Positions 50,269-63,098 of a DNA stretch of 64,000 bases are shown piece by piece. This DNA is from Cirrosporium novae-zelandiae. Lineage: Eukaryota. The first letter of the stretch is position 1. Each line of letters opens with the position of its first letter. A program made the translations under genes and the position numbers. The notes beneath the pieces are model-generated. The model ran no database searches, was not told the DNA's origin, and saw nothing but the letters and a program-made list of their open reading frames with translations. The stretch is from contig JAPETS010000008.1 in the NCBI GenBank assembly GCA_026023565.1, forward strand, positions 620,001 to 684,000, written 5' to 3'.

Positions 50269-50866
50269 TTTGACTGGTATGAGGATATGAATAATCAATG
50301 ACAAAGATTAGTCGAGGACATGAAGGATGGATGTTGGAAAGTAGACTGTTCTCAAGGAATATATTTACGAAAAGTCGAGTTGCCAGGTGCAACGGCTTAG
50401 TCATTTTTTGGTAGCTTCAAACTATTCTCCGACCGCAACTATAACTTATCTAGCATAGTATCACAATGTAAACTGACTTTCGATGGCGGACAATAATAGC
50501 GACTAGACTTTCAGACAAACCAGAATATAAAACCCGATATCTATTTTGTGGGAGATTAGGGAGACTTTAGGATCAAATCGGATTATATTTCCAATCGATG
50601 GACATATTCATGGAAAACTGATTTTGTTGGAGGGTCTCTCGGCCTCTACAAGGTCACTTTTTGGGGTTACTTTTTGGGTCTGGTCGCTTTTACTTTTACA
50701 AAGTACAGTACACAGTAATTAGCTTATCGATAATTAAATCCAGAAACGTCACTCGCTGGTTTGTCTTCCTTCCGCCACTTCAATACTACTTGAAAGCTCT
50801 GACTGCTCTTCGACCCCTCTATATCTCACTGTGGATTATTGCATTTATATAACGATACCTAATATA

Positions 50867-53039
50867 ATGGTTTTACGCAAGGATCAGTTAGAGGTCAGTC
50901 TGAATGAAGAGAAGAAGCTAATAGAATCTGGAAAACTGAGGGAAGATAACCCACTCGATCTAAGTGAAGGATTCCAAACTCTTTGTGAAGGATGTAGGAG
51001 AGGAGATCTGAAGCTCTGTCAGGAAATGATATCGGAAGGAGTTAATATAAATGCGAGGGATCAATTTGACTACACACCTTTAATATTGGTGAGTTTGACA
51101 ATACCTCCACTTTGCTTCAACCCAATCCTGGTTGTTGGTCTTTTGTCGATTACCATACTTTACCCCGGGTCTTGGTTCGAGAACTGATCGAGACTGTGAA
51201 AGGCAAGCCTTTGCGGTCATTATGAAGTTGTCCAATTATTACTTGAATCTGGTGCCCTATGCGAAAGAGATACATTCCAAGGAGAGAGGTCTTTCTTACA
51301 GTTGCCTTGACAGCCTTCGGATATGCTAACTTGCTTCCACAGAACTTTATACAATGCTCTTAATGATCGGATAAGAAATCTCCTTTTAGAATACGACTAT
51401 TCCAAATCTACCGATCCTCTCCAACCATTGGCGGCGCATATAACGTCCCTACTCGGGAGAGAGGAACCTCAAACAGCGGATATTTTCGTCTCCACATCGG
51501 ATGGCGCATTTCATCTACATAAATTTCTCTTATCGGCTCGATCTCCCTACTTTCAGAGGAAACTTGCGAGTGCCCCCGAATCAACACAATGGAAATTGCC
51601 CACCACGATTCCTCCCCAGGCCTTTGAAATTGCAATACGGTATTTATATCTCGCAGAATTACCTAGGGACCTTGGGGGAGGGGCTGGTACTGGGTTCACC
51701 GACTCCGAAGTACTTGCAGGAATTGATAAAATCAGTCGACATCTGGAGATACAAAGCTTATTTGATGGAATATTAGAAAATAGCGATCGAAGATTAGCTC
51801 GTCAGCGAAGGACTATGGAACTTGAGCAAGGGCGGGATCAATTGGAGTCATGGTTCAAACAAAATATCCTCAAATACAAGATTGAGATTGAAACAAGTAA
51901 AGTCGACGAAGTGAAATGGGATCGAGACAATGGCATATTTGCCGATGTCTTGTTACGAGCGGATGAAGATATAGATGGGGAAAGTGAAGATGGCCCCAAA
52001 GAGTCTGGCACTCCTCCAGTACGAAGTACTGAAGGCCCTCTCAATGGGATACCAGTTGGCCCACAAGTTATGGCATCTCGCTCTCCATCTCCAGTTGGCA
52101 AACCCCGGAAGTCGATGCTTTTCCCTGCTCATCGAGCTATGCTGATTCGTTCTGAATACTTCCTTGCAATGTTCTCGTCCCCGTTCCGCGAGGCACAGAA
52201 GACAAAATACCTACAAATTATTACCGTCGATTGTTCACCAGAAGTTCTCGAAATCGTGCTTACATTCCTCTATACCGAAAAGGCCGACTTTTCGCTAGAT
52301 TATGCAATCGACGTCCTGTTCGCAGCAGACCTCCTATTCATTGAAAAACTCAAGGCAAAAGCCGCAGTTGTCATAAGTACCCTCGGAAATGGGACAATGC
52401 CACAGATCTTTAATTCGGGTCAAGATCCGAAGCCAGAAGAAGAAGAAATCAACATTTACGATGTTATTCATGCTGGTTGGCTGACTCGGGTGCAGAGACT
52501 AGAAGAATTTGGGGCCAGATATATTGCTTACCACCTGGAAGATTACATTGACGAAGAAGAGTTTGCGGAGCTGATCCGGGAGAGTGCTAAGAGAATCCAA
52601 AAGAGACAAGAGACGGATAGTATTGAGATTATTGACGAGTAAGTAACTTGTGCAAGCCAACAATTCTCTGATTACGACTCATCCGTTCTTTAGCATCAGA
52701 TACTACCTGTCCGAACGCTTCCGCCTCCGTTTCGAAGACTCGGGTATCGAAGAAATGATGGACGAGAACGACAACGATAACGTGCAGGCTCAAGAGGGGG
52801 ACCCAAATTTAAACCCCGCCTCTGAAAAACCAACGCCAGAGGATGAAGCAGTCGATATGAGCCAAACCCCCCAACAGCAACAACAACAACAGCCTCCAGA
52901 AGAGCATTTGCTAAGCGGAGTTATTCGCACTCTTCAAGGAGACATAGTAGACGACGAATTTGCCAGTGACGCTGTCAACTATCAACATCTGCTAGGGAAG
53001 ATTGACGCCTTGCTAGATAAACTCAAGCTTGATGCTTAG
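50867..53039 (+). CDS. Ankyrin-repeat and double BTB/POZ protein (Btb3/ABTB1-like Cul3 adaptor)
   Basis: CRRGDL..INARDQFDYTPLIL|ASLCGH ankyrin; FHLHKFLLSARSPYF and FPAHRAMLIRSEYF BTB starts; RQETDSIEIID; four exons. Confidence 0.9.
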
Positions 53040-54038
53040 ATTAATCGAATGTGGATTTCCAGAGACCTTAATCTTAAGCCATTTTAATATTAAAAGGATT
53101 TTTTTTAATTGAATATTCCATTAAAGCTCTTTTTTTCTTTAAGACTCTTACGGGAGTTCGTTTTATTTCGTTTCTACTACTACGGTTATTGTTATTACTT
53201 AGGATTCTACCCCCTAGGTGGTGCAGCATGAGGCATTACCTAAGTTCCGTATTAAGGATTCTACTAAGGCTTCTTTCTACCATCTATTCCACGGAGCACT
53301 CACTCCTCAGACATCAACCGAGACTCGTAAGAGCAGTAAAAAAAACCCACCACCAAAACTTCCACCACCACCACAGTCCACAGTCCACAGTCCTAATATA
53401 AATTTATCCACCATATACCTACTAACCAACAACTCAGTCCCTCTATCTAATCCTATCTAATCCCATCCCATCCTATCCTATTACACAACCAAACCAAATC
53501 AACCAAACACAAATCCTCTCACTCTCATTCTCACTCCTTCTTATCCCATCCCATCCCATCTTATCCTATCCAACAAACGAACAACAAAACCACCCAACCC
53601 TCAATCCCCGATCGGGGAGCCAGTCGTCAATAACAACAATGATAATGATAACGATCTTGATCTTGGGGGGGGGGGTTGCATATCTAGATTTAGGAAGTGT
53701 ATTTGGGAAGTGGGTGGGCTGATGCTAAGGGATAGGGGATAAGGGGTAAGGGGGTAAGGGGTTATTAGATTTCAGATTCCCTGACATGGTTGGTGGCATG
53801 GTTGGTGGGATTTGTGTGTGTGGGGAAGATCTCTGGGTTCATTGGCTGGGTTCACTAGCTAGGGGTGTCGTGGTTGGTTGGTTGATTTGGTTGGTGGGTA
53901 TATATATATATATAATTCTTTTTTGTAAATAAAACAAAAACAAAAAAACTGTAAACGGGATATCGTGAAATAAAACAAAACAAAATAGGGGAATCATGAA
54001 AGGAAAAGAGAGGATAGAAATGGAGTTAGGATGTTGGA

Positions 54039-55736
54039 TTAAAAGTTTCTTAGAATTCGCTTCCAGAGTGGTGATGATGATTTGAGGGTTTGGTTTTGGT
54101 TTGGGTTTGGGTTTGGGTCGGGGGAGGACGAGGAAGAGGAAGAGGAAGAAGAGGAGTGAGATAACGAAGAAGGCAACACCTCCCCATCCAAATCCAAATC
54201 TCTCCGGCGTCCCTCATCCAAATCGATCTCCCCCAGCCTCCAAAACCTCGTTCCCTTCCAAAACTTATACCCCGCCCAAACCACCCCAAAAAGCGGCAGC
54301 AAAATATACGCATCGACAAACTTCCCCGCCTCAAACGGCTTGAGGGTTGTCCACCCCTGCACAAGCGCCAAAAACCCATTCGCCCCAAACCCAAAATACG
54401 TCATCCAGGGATACCCGAACGCTCTAAAGGGGAGATCTTTGACACTCCGCCCCTGCGCAGCCCACGCGCCACGAAACCGGATATGAATGAAAGAAATAGA
54501 ACCCCAGACGAGGAATGTGGATACGCCGGAGAGGTTCACGATGTAAGTGTATGCGGCGCCGGCGCCTGTGGAGACATTCATCATTGCGAGTGCGCCGAAA
54601 AGGTTCGTGAATAGGATTGCGCGTGTGGGGACGCCGCGGGTGTTTGTAGCTCCAAGAAAACGGGGTGCTTTTCCGTGTTGGGCCATGAAGAGGATTGTGC
54701 GCGAGCCGATGTAGATGGAGCTGTTTGTGGCGGAGAGGCAGGTTGCTAGGATGAAGGCATTGATGAGGTGCACGCCCCCTTCCCAGCCGGCGGTTTGGAT
54801 GGCGATGGTCATGGGGCTTTGGAGGGCTTTTGACGTGGCGTTCGCGAGACCTAGAGCATTAGCAGGACATGTGAGGCCGAAGAAGAAAGCAGAGCCCATG
54901 TAGATGAAGAGGATTCGCCAGAAGACTTGGCGGATTGCTAAGGGGACGGCGGTGGATGGGTTTCGGGTTTCTGCGGCTGCGACGGCGATGGATTCGCAGC
55001 CGGCGTAGAAGGTTGAACAGAATACGAAGACTGTGGCGACGCCGCGGAAGCCGTTTGTGAAGGCGCCGGGGTTGTGCCAGTATTGGAAGCCCAATGCATG
55101 TTTTTGGTTTGGGAGCCCCCCGGATGCATACACGATTGAGAAAATGAAATATGCTACCAGGCCGCCGAGCTTGAGGAGCGCGAGCCAGAATTCGGCTTCG
55201 CCAAATGCTTCTACGCCTAGGAGCTGAAATGCTAGGAATGCGAACCAGAAGATCAGGAAGTAGCCCCATAGGGGCACCTTATCGCTCCAGAAAACGAAGA
55301 TGGCGGAAAGGGTGTTGTACTCGTTAGCGAGGACGGCGATCCAGATGATGAAGTAGTTCCAGCCGACGGCGACGCCAAAGGCCTTGTCGACCATGCGGTC
55401 GGCCAGCTGGGTGAAGCCCCCGCCGCGTGGGTACAGGGTCGTGATTTCGCCTAAAGACTGCATGATGCTGAAGGCGATGATGCCAATGACGCCGAAGCCG
55501 ATTAGGAGCGATGCGGGACCCCCGCTGGAGAGGGCCCCGCCGGACCCGACGAGTAGACCCGGGCCGATTATGCCTGCTAATGCCATCATGCTGAGGTGGC
55601 GCGTTCGGAGACCCCGTTTCACTCCGCTTTCGGGGTCGATTGAAGAGGTCTCCCTAACCTCAACTTCAACCTCAGCCCCGGCATGGGGGATCGGTGAGAT
55701 TGGGGGTGAGTATTGCACCTGCTTGGGGTCTGACAT
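54039..55736 (-). CDS. Amino-acid permease (APC superfamily, YAT family), intronless
   Basis: GLRTRHLSMMALAGIIGPGLLVGSG, FGEAEFW, ETRNP, SSIYIGSR. The upstream in-frame ATG at 55811 overlaps a TATA-like tract, so 55736 is preferred. Confidence 0.93.
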   Translation of the reverse strand: MSDPKQVQYSPPISPIPHAGAEVEVEVRETSSIDPESGVKRGLRTRHLSMMALAGIIGPGLLVGSGGALSSGGPASLLIGFGVIGIIAFSIMQSLGEITTLYPRGGGFTQLADRMVDKAFGVAVGWNYFIIWIAVLANEYNTLSAIFVFWSDKVPLWGYFLIFWFAFLAFQLLGVEAFGEAEFWLALLKLGGLVAYFIFSIVYASGGLPNQKHALGFQYWHNPGAFTNGFRGVATVFVFCSTFYAGCESIAVAAAETRNPSTAVPLAIRQVFWRILFIYMGSAFFFGLTCPANALGLANATSKALQSPMTIAIQTAGWEGGVHLINAFILATCLSATNSSIYIGSRTILFMAQHGKAPRFLGATNTRGVPTRAILFTNLFGALAMMNVSTGAGAAYTYIVNLSGVSTFLVWGSISFIHIRFRGAWAAQGRSVKDLPFRAFGYPWMTYFGFGANGFLALVQGWTTLKPFEAGKFVDAYILLPLFGVVWAGYKFWKGTRFWRLGEIDLDEGRRRDLDLDGEVLPSSLSHSSSSSSSSSSSPDPNPNPNQNQTLKSSSPLWKRILRNF

Positions 55737-56680
55737 GGTCAGTAATAGCAAGGTAGGTAGGTATATATGAATACAGATAGAAAATGCGCCTTGTTTGTTT
55801 TTTATATGCATGTGGGAAATAGTTCTTTAAATTCTAAGAGTCTGGTTTAGTCATGCCAAGACCAAAGAAAAGATGGCCAACAATGATGCCATCGAACAAG
55901 AATTTGAATCATTATTGGCTAAATTTTTAAACCCCACAGCGGAAAATCCAAGAGGATGGAGGGTATGGGTTAGGAAGTACAACAGGTTGAAAGTACATCT
56001 ATCTCTCAAGATAACAAATGTGGTCGGTGGTTATCTCAAGGGATCCAGGAATCGAACAAACTAAACCCTCGGCTAAATTTACTGTGCAGTCATGTGATTA
56101 GCTAGCCCTATCAACAATCTTATCCAGTCCAATGGGCACAAAAAGAATTTACTGTAAAATGTGAAATGAAAAGATATCTTGCTAGCTTTTGTTATTGTTG
56201 CTATTCTTAATTATTTGCAACTGCATTTCACATGTATCTTGCCTTGCTTGGCTGGTGTTGGTATGTTCATGTCCTCCAAATCTCGTATTTCCTCCCAAAC
56301 AAACAGTCCTTCAACAAGTTTCCCCACGCGTACCCCAAAGGGAACGCATATCCAATGCCATTTAAAGGTCGTTGGTGATTCATTATAATCAATAATTATC
56401 ATGGCTGTCGCCTTTCTTCAATGAATCAATGAAAATCATACCCAAAACAAAACAAAAATACTCCCTTGCCAAACACACTATACTTGTGATGACGAACAAC
56501 CCTTTCCTAACAAATATGTATGAAATACCACCACCGCAGTGTATTATTTCTCCCATTATACCAAAAAGGTTCCAGAAGAGACAAATCCTGTGTTTTCGTG
56601 GTTATCCAGCAGCAAATTCCCAAATACCAACAGAAAATTGAAAGTTTGAACAATATTCCTTTCGACGGATAGGATCCTGT

Positions 56681-59600
56681 CTACATGAGGACGCAATCAC
56701 CCTCGCCTTGCTGCTTTGTGACTGTCGAACGGGATACTCTTGACTTTTGCTGCTTTGAACCTCCTTTTCGAAGATCCTCGAGCCGCTCACGAGCTTTGGG
56801 GAAGTTTTGTGCTGTTCATCGTACCGCATCAAGTTAGCCATCTGTTGTCCTAGGGCAAAAGCATTATAGGTGCAGTATAGTAAGTTTGTAGGGTTGAGAG
56901 CTAGAAAATACTCACAAGCAGCCCTCCAATACCATCTCTTGGCATCCTCCAAGTTCGCCGGCGCACCAATTCCTACTTCGCAAAAATATCCCATCGCATA
57001 CTCCGCCTTGGCTAATCCACTCTGTGCGGCCTTTCTCGCCCACAAATATGCCTCTGTATCGCTCTGCTCCAATATCGGGCTGCTCCCGGTCAAGTACCAT
57101 CCACTCAACGCAAGTTCACTTTGGTGCTCATGTTGCATTGCTGCCTCACTATAGTGCTTGATAGACTGACGGGGGTCGATAGGACAGCCGAGGTTTCCGT
57201 ACTCAAAGGCCTGTCCAAGGCGGAATTGGGAGAACTTGTAGCCGAGGGAGGCAGCTTGGAGGTAGAGTTCCAGGGCGTGACCTTCATCGCGAACCCATGG
57301 GTCATTAGGCCCTGCACTCTCATATAATGTACCAAGTTCGTGCACGGCGTGAGGATTATCACGATCTGCCTGCTCGGCAGCACGTTTGAGCCAGGTAATG
57401 GCCTCACGCGGGTTTTGAGGTTGGCCTAGTAGCCCTTTGAGTTGAATCATACCTACCTTGTACATTGCAGGTGTATCGCCCATGGTTGCAGCGCGCTTGT
57501 ACCACTGTATAGCTTTGATGGGATCACGTTTGGTGCCACCACCTTCTTCCTGGCCCATTTCACAGCAGACGGCAACGCGGTAAGCGGCTTGTGCATGACC
57601 AGCCTTGGCAGCGGCTTGGTACAGCTGGAAGGCTTCTCTAGGGTCGACTTCGAGGCCAAGGTGACCGGAGCCATGGCAATCAGCAAGATAGAAGAGTGCA
57701 TCTCCATTCCCCTGACTGCCAAGTCTCTTGAAGACTTTATGGGCCTCGAAGATGAATTTCTCGCGATTACGGCCTTTCGCTTTCACGTCTGCGCCATCGA
57801 CAAGGAATGTTGCAGCTTCGATCAGTCTGTGTCCCAGCCGTAAAGCGCTCTTTTGGTCACCAGGATTAGAACGAACTGCATTACGTAGTTGTTCAATTTC
57901 TTGCATGGTCACTGGTATTTGAGGTTCCTTGGAAGCAGATTTGGAGGTTGCCGGAACAGACGAAATGGGTTGAGGCACAGCAGCAGGTACTTGGCCTGGC
58001 CTCACAGGTGGAGGTTTCGCTACCATATCTGCCGGAGCACCGCCTGCCATTAGACCTGGACGAATAGGGGTAGGGTGTCCTTGGTGTGAGGGTGCGTTCG
58101 GGTTTTGACGACCGTATGGAGGAGAAGTTTGGGATCTTTGTTGGGTAGGACTCATTGGCATCGGAGGACCTTGATCTACCGGACCAGATGCTGTTCTTTG
58201 TATATCAACCGGTCGCTGTGGACCACCTCGAGAAGGACCACGCTGCGGGCCAGGGCCACGAGGCTGTGGATAACCTTGCTGTTGCGCATATGGGTCATTT
58301 GGCTGAGGACCATAACCGTTAGCTGCAGGATACTGTTGATATTGTTGCTGTTGATATTGCTGCTGTTGTTGTTGCTGCTGCTGCTGTTGATGTTGTGGTC
58401 TCGAGTTACTGCGGTGATTTTGTTGATACGGTTGAGGTTGCTGGGGATTTTGTGGCAGAGGAGGTGCTTCAGTACCAAAGCGGAAGCCCGCCATGTCATT
58501 TTGTGGGGGTGGTCTTGAACCAGGATCACGAAGAGTAGGCGTTGATCGAGCACGGTGTGCCTGCTGCGCAAAGTTTTGAGGAGGTTGATTATATCCGTCT
58601 GTCATTGTACCAGAACGAGAAGGTCGCGGCATTGGCGGAGATGCCGTCATATTCTTCATGGTCAAATTCTCCTCAACTGTTAGACCACGAGCTTCTTTCT
58701 GTTCAATAACATCGAAGTTTGGCATAGCTTCCTCTTCCCGAGGCGGAGGACCATTCTGGAGAGAATTGTGCACCGAATGCCCTTGAAAACCACCAGAACC
58801 ATTGTTTTGATCGTAGTATGCATCAAAGAAGGCTCCATAGCTTTCTCGGTAGTCGTGGGTATTTGGGCCAACATTTGGGCGAGTTGGATTTCCATAGCTA
58901 TCAAAACCTGAACGGGCAGCTTGGGGATCCGTAGGTCTTCTCACGGGTTTCCTTTTGGTTTCTGGACTAGCTGCCGGTGAAGGTCTTGGTAGTGTTTGGT
59001 GGGGTTCCGGTCCATAATATCCGGGAGCCCCCCCAGGTTCCTGCTGGCCCGGATAAGCATGTGATCCCATGCCACCGTTCATCATTGGGGCCGACGATAC
59101 TGGAGGAAGATTCGTAGGCTCTTGATATGGTTGATTATAGGTTTGCGTGCCTGATCCATTTGAACGGTGAATTTGATGATTCGGGTAAGGCTGTTGCTGC
59201 AATTGCGGGGCCTGCATGGGTGCGTTACGTGGTTGAGCCGCGACCTGCGGCCGTTCCGTACCCACCGTAGGACGGGAGAAATTCCCAACCGGTCTGCCAC
59301 TGGTAGGTGATTTCAAGGCTGGAGGGCTTAATGGCCCTGGGGCATTATTATACTTTCCACCGGTTGCAAGCTTCGGTAGTTCATTGCTTCTTTTACCTTG
59401 CGCAGTAGCTGGTCGCGAGATTGGCTGATTTCTATTTTGATCCTCACTTCGATGCCCGTGCGAAGTTGCGGGCCGTTGAGGACTAGAAATGTGTGATTTA
59501 TCTTCCGGCTTGTCCTGACTCGAAGTTGTCTCGGCGGGGTTTGAAGTTTGTTTCTTCGCCTTCGCCTCATGTTTGGTTGGAAATATTGGGAATGGATTGT

Positions 59601-60558
59601 CCCAGCCCGTTTGTTTTGGAGATATTTTCGCATCGGTCAAAATTCTTTCTTTGGTTGCTACATTCCAATCAGTTAATTTCTAGGCAATTTGAGAACAAGT
59701 GTTAAACTGGTAGAGGAAGCTGTTTCACTCACTTTGTCGTGAATTACCTGGTCTCTGAGGAGGCTTCTCTTTTGGTGGGGATGGCTTGGGTTGTGGATTT
59801 GAAGGGTTTTTATGGTGGTGAGGAATTGGCGTCTGCGTAGACCTTGGATCGTCATAGCTTGGACGAGGTCTTGCATTCTGCGCCGGTGCAACGGGTGCAG
59901 TAGGCGCGACAGGTGCAGCAGCTACATTCGCACCGGTTGTCGCCTGCATATTCCTTCTCTGATCGTTGACATTTTGACGCGGCTGCGGTCTCATGTTTTG
60001 TTGTGTGTTTTGTTGTGGTGCATTATATCCTTGAGCATACTCATTCCCATACGCCTGATTGTCATAGCCGTTATTATATTGTTGACCATTGTAGCCATCC
60101 CCATAATTCTCATATCCCTGAGCATAGTCTTGTTGATTGGCATATTGATCCTGTCCATAGTATTGTCCTCCCCGAGGAGCCTGTTGTCTACCACCCTGCG
60201 CCTGTTGTCGAGTCTTTTTCACGGGAGCAACATTCTGCGCCCCATAGTCCTGATATCCATATCCTCCTCCATTCTGATTATTATCATATCCCTGCTCATA
60301 TCCATAATTCTGCCGTCCATAATCTTGTTGCGCGTATTCATACTGGCCCTGGTAACCGGCCTGGTCATATCCATTATTGGGCTGCTGCCCTTGGGGATAA
60401 CCTTGTTGTCTGGGCGCCTGGGCATAATATTGCTGCCGCTGCTGCTGTTGGGGTTGCTGAGGTGGGTGTCGTGCAGCCTTCGGTGGAGCTCGACCGGCGG
60501 GTACACCAACAGGAGCTTGGTGGGGGTTATACTGAGCCCGTTGCTGGTATTGTGCCAT
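56681..60558 (-). CDS. Chitin synthase activator, Chs4/Skt5-like Sel1-repeat protein
   Basis: Introns 59658-59732 and 56812-56915; Sel1 repeats (AFQLYQAAAKAGH, AIQWYKRAA, ELALSGWYLTG, AEYAMGYF); spliced C-terminus ends in CaaX CVLM*. Confidence 0.9.
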
Positions 60559-62237
60559 GATGCAGCGGCTTGGCTTATTGTCCTCCTTTCTCTCAATTCC
60601 GTCTTGCTGTGACTGAAGCCTGGTAAAAGAGAAAGGGTTGCTTCATTCAGTTGTTGTTCATTGACTACTTGGCCAATTTTATTTGTGGAATGGGCGACGA
60701 TCAGTCATCTGATGAAGAGAGCGGTTTCAGATGCCAAGAAAACTATAGACGGAGGTCCTCGAGGCCGAAGGAGTGAATGCTCGAAAGAGCGGACAGTTTT
60801 TTTGTCGGTGGGAGAAGGCGATTCAATTTTGGATCTTAGTCAAACTACTTTTGTTATGCGAGTGAGCTGTCAACGGCTGTGTGGATTATGCGTGTGATTT
60901 AATTGAAGCGAAATGAGAGGCTGATGCGATAGGCAAGCTCCTACAGCTGATCCCAAGGATACGAGGTGAAATGTGGATCAAGCTGTCATAGTATGTGCGA
61001 GTGAAAGAGAGAAGAGAGAAGAGTGAAGGATGAAAAGAGAAAGAGATGGCAAGATGAAATTGGTAAATGAGGGAGAATGAATTGAAGAAATTCGAATGAT
61101 GATGGGGGTAGGCCGAGTGGTTTCGGATAGGTGTAGGCGGGCCAGTGTTGATTCAATCCTGGATGAGATAATTTAAGGTGAACGGGGGGGTGTTTTCTGT
61201 AGAATATAGATAACTACCTAGGTAGATAACCTGAACTACCAGAAATAATAATAATAATAATAAATCAATAAATTACAGGCTATGGTAATGATTTTTAAGA
61301 CATGGTCGTCTGTCAACGGTCACAACGGTAACAAGTGGATTTTACTCCATCTTCTGGGCGTTGGGGGGGGGGGCATTGTCTATCGTCTCAGAAGTGCATG
61401 TGGCCTGGAAGTCCCTTGCTCTTTGGTTCGGTTTAGTGTGCCCTGCGGTTGGCACTGGATGACAGCTTGGGGATAGAAAACCCAATAATTACCTCCAAAA
61501 AGTCAGACTCCTCTTTTCTCGATAGACTGGATCTATTTACCGACATCTAACTTTTTCTCTCTTTCTCTCGTTGACTTTTCTTGATCATTTTCTTTTCAAA
61601 TTAAGTAGGGCTCGTAGCTAAGCAACGGACCAGAGAAACCAGTTTTGTTGAGATTTCTGGGAGAGCGATCTCCAGGTACAGTTTGCAGTTTGGGACTTGT
61701 GAGTGGTTCGGGGCATTTCAGTTCGAAACACCATGGGTTGAACTGGTGTGCACTAAGCGCGCATCAATTCAATAATCCCAGCAATTAGGAATTAATAGTT
61801 TTGCTTCTGGCTTTAATTAGTGAACCCGTTCAACTCTGACTTGTTCGCAATTCTTTCTCCATTTCCCATTTGATAAACCACCAATGGATTTTTCCACGTA
61901 ACTAAAAAGGCTTGCATATGTTGTATTCTTGGGATCAAGAGGAATGAAATCCAAACTTACAACCAGATGATGCAACTAATAACCTTGTTTCCCGTCTTTA
62001 TTTTCATTTCTGATCAAAATCCCGTCTATCGGAGAACATGTGACTCGCTGACTAACATATCCTCCGCCACACTTTCGTTTGTGGCGGTGCATTGCAATTG
62101 GGACAAACACCATCATTCTCATCATCATTTATTACGAATGAAGTAAGTACAAGTAAAACTCACTACTCCGTGATACGAAGATCCAAAGCCAAAAAACGAA
62201 AAAGCCATCCAAGGTCTTGCCACTCACCACCTTGCTG

Positions 62238-62286
62238 TGTGCATACTGCGTGCATACTACGTGCGTACTGTGTGCGTACTGTACAC
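62238..62286. repeat. 11-bp tandem repeat (GTGCRTACTRY) x4
   Basis: gtgcatactgc gtgcatactac gtgcgtactgt gtgcgtactgt in the cbp4 upstream region. Confidence 0.8.
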
Positions 62287-62422
62287 AAACTATATCTATT
62301 CTCTTCTCAGCTCAACCAGGATCATCCATCTGACTTCGGTGCTTACTCTGACAAGTTACCTCCTCCACTCTTATAGGCTCCTCCCAGAAAAGAAAAACAT
62401 CAAACATTGAAGCAACGTTACA

Positions 62423-63098
62423 ATGTCGCGAGCCAGGACATACCTAAAAATGATACTAGGGTAAGTAAGAAGAAACATCAACTCGAACTCCCCCTAACCC
62501 CGACTTCAATTCTCTTCTATCTACCCCTGTCCCCGCCCTTCCCTCCGTGCCATGTATCCCTAACTCACCGCTCTCTCTCCAGCGGAACACTCCTCTGCGT
62601 AGGCGGACCCGTGCTGGTCTCTTACATAACCCCCACCGAAGAGGAGCTCTTCCAGAAATACAACCCGGAGTTGCAAAAGAAATCCCTCGCAAACCGGGAG
62701 CAGCGACAGCAGGATTTCGATGACTTTGCCACTAAGCTAAAGGAGTACTCCAAGAGTAATAAACCTAGTATGTTTTTTTTTAGTTGCTTTTTGTGTCTAT
62801 TTCTTGTTATTCTTGTCATGGGTTGGTGTTTTTTTCTAGGTTTGAATAGGATAGATATATGTTTGCATTTCCATTCTATCCTAGCCTACCCCATCATAAT
62901 TTCCTTCTTCCTCTCATCCCCATCCCCATCTCCAACGGACCCTAACATCCCCAACCAAATCCCACAGTCTGGACCGTCGCCGCAGAAGACCAAGAGCGCC
63001 AACGACAACTCCGAGCCGAGTCGGCCGCTTCCGAACAAGCAGCCCGAACGGCGGAGATAGAGAAGCAGAAGGAAGAGATTAGAAAGTCTATTAGTTAA
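62423..63098 (+). CDS. cbp4: Cytochrome b / complex III assembly factor Cbp4
   Basis: Introns 62461-62582 and 62768-62967; [44 protein letters not shown]...[11 protein letters not shown]. Confidence 0.88.

Noticed and set aside
53728..53762. TAAGGGG-type repeats resembling telomeric DNA
   Set aside because: Irregular, not TTAGGG, and embedded in general low-complexity intergenic sequence.
56602..56915. C-terminus of the 1012-aa ORF as given in the ORF track
   Set aside because: It reads through intron 56812-56915; the spliced frame gives the expected CaaX end at 56681.
59812..60612. Long hydrophobic antisense ORFs (266 aa and 185 aa)
   Set aside because: Shadow frames of the Q/Y/N-rich exon on the opposite strand.
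61690..61760. Hairpin containing GTTCGA, considered as a tRNA
   Set aside because: No cloverleaf or acceptor stem could be built.
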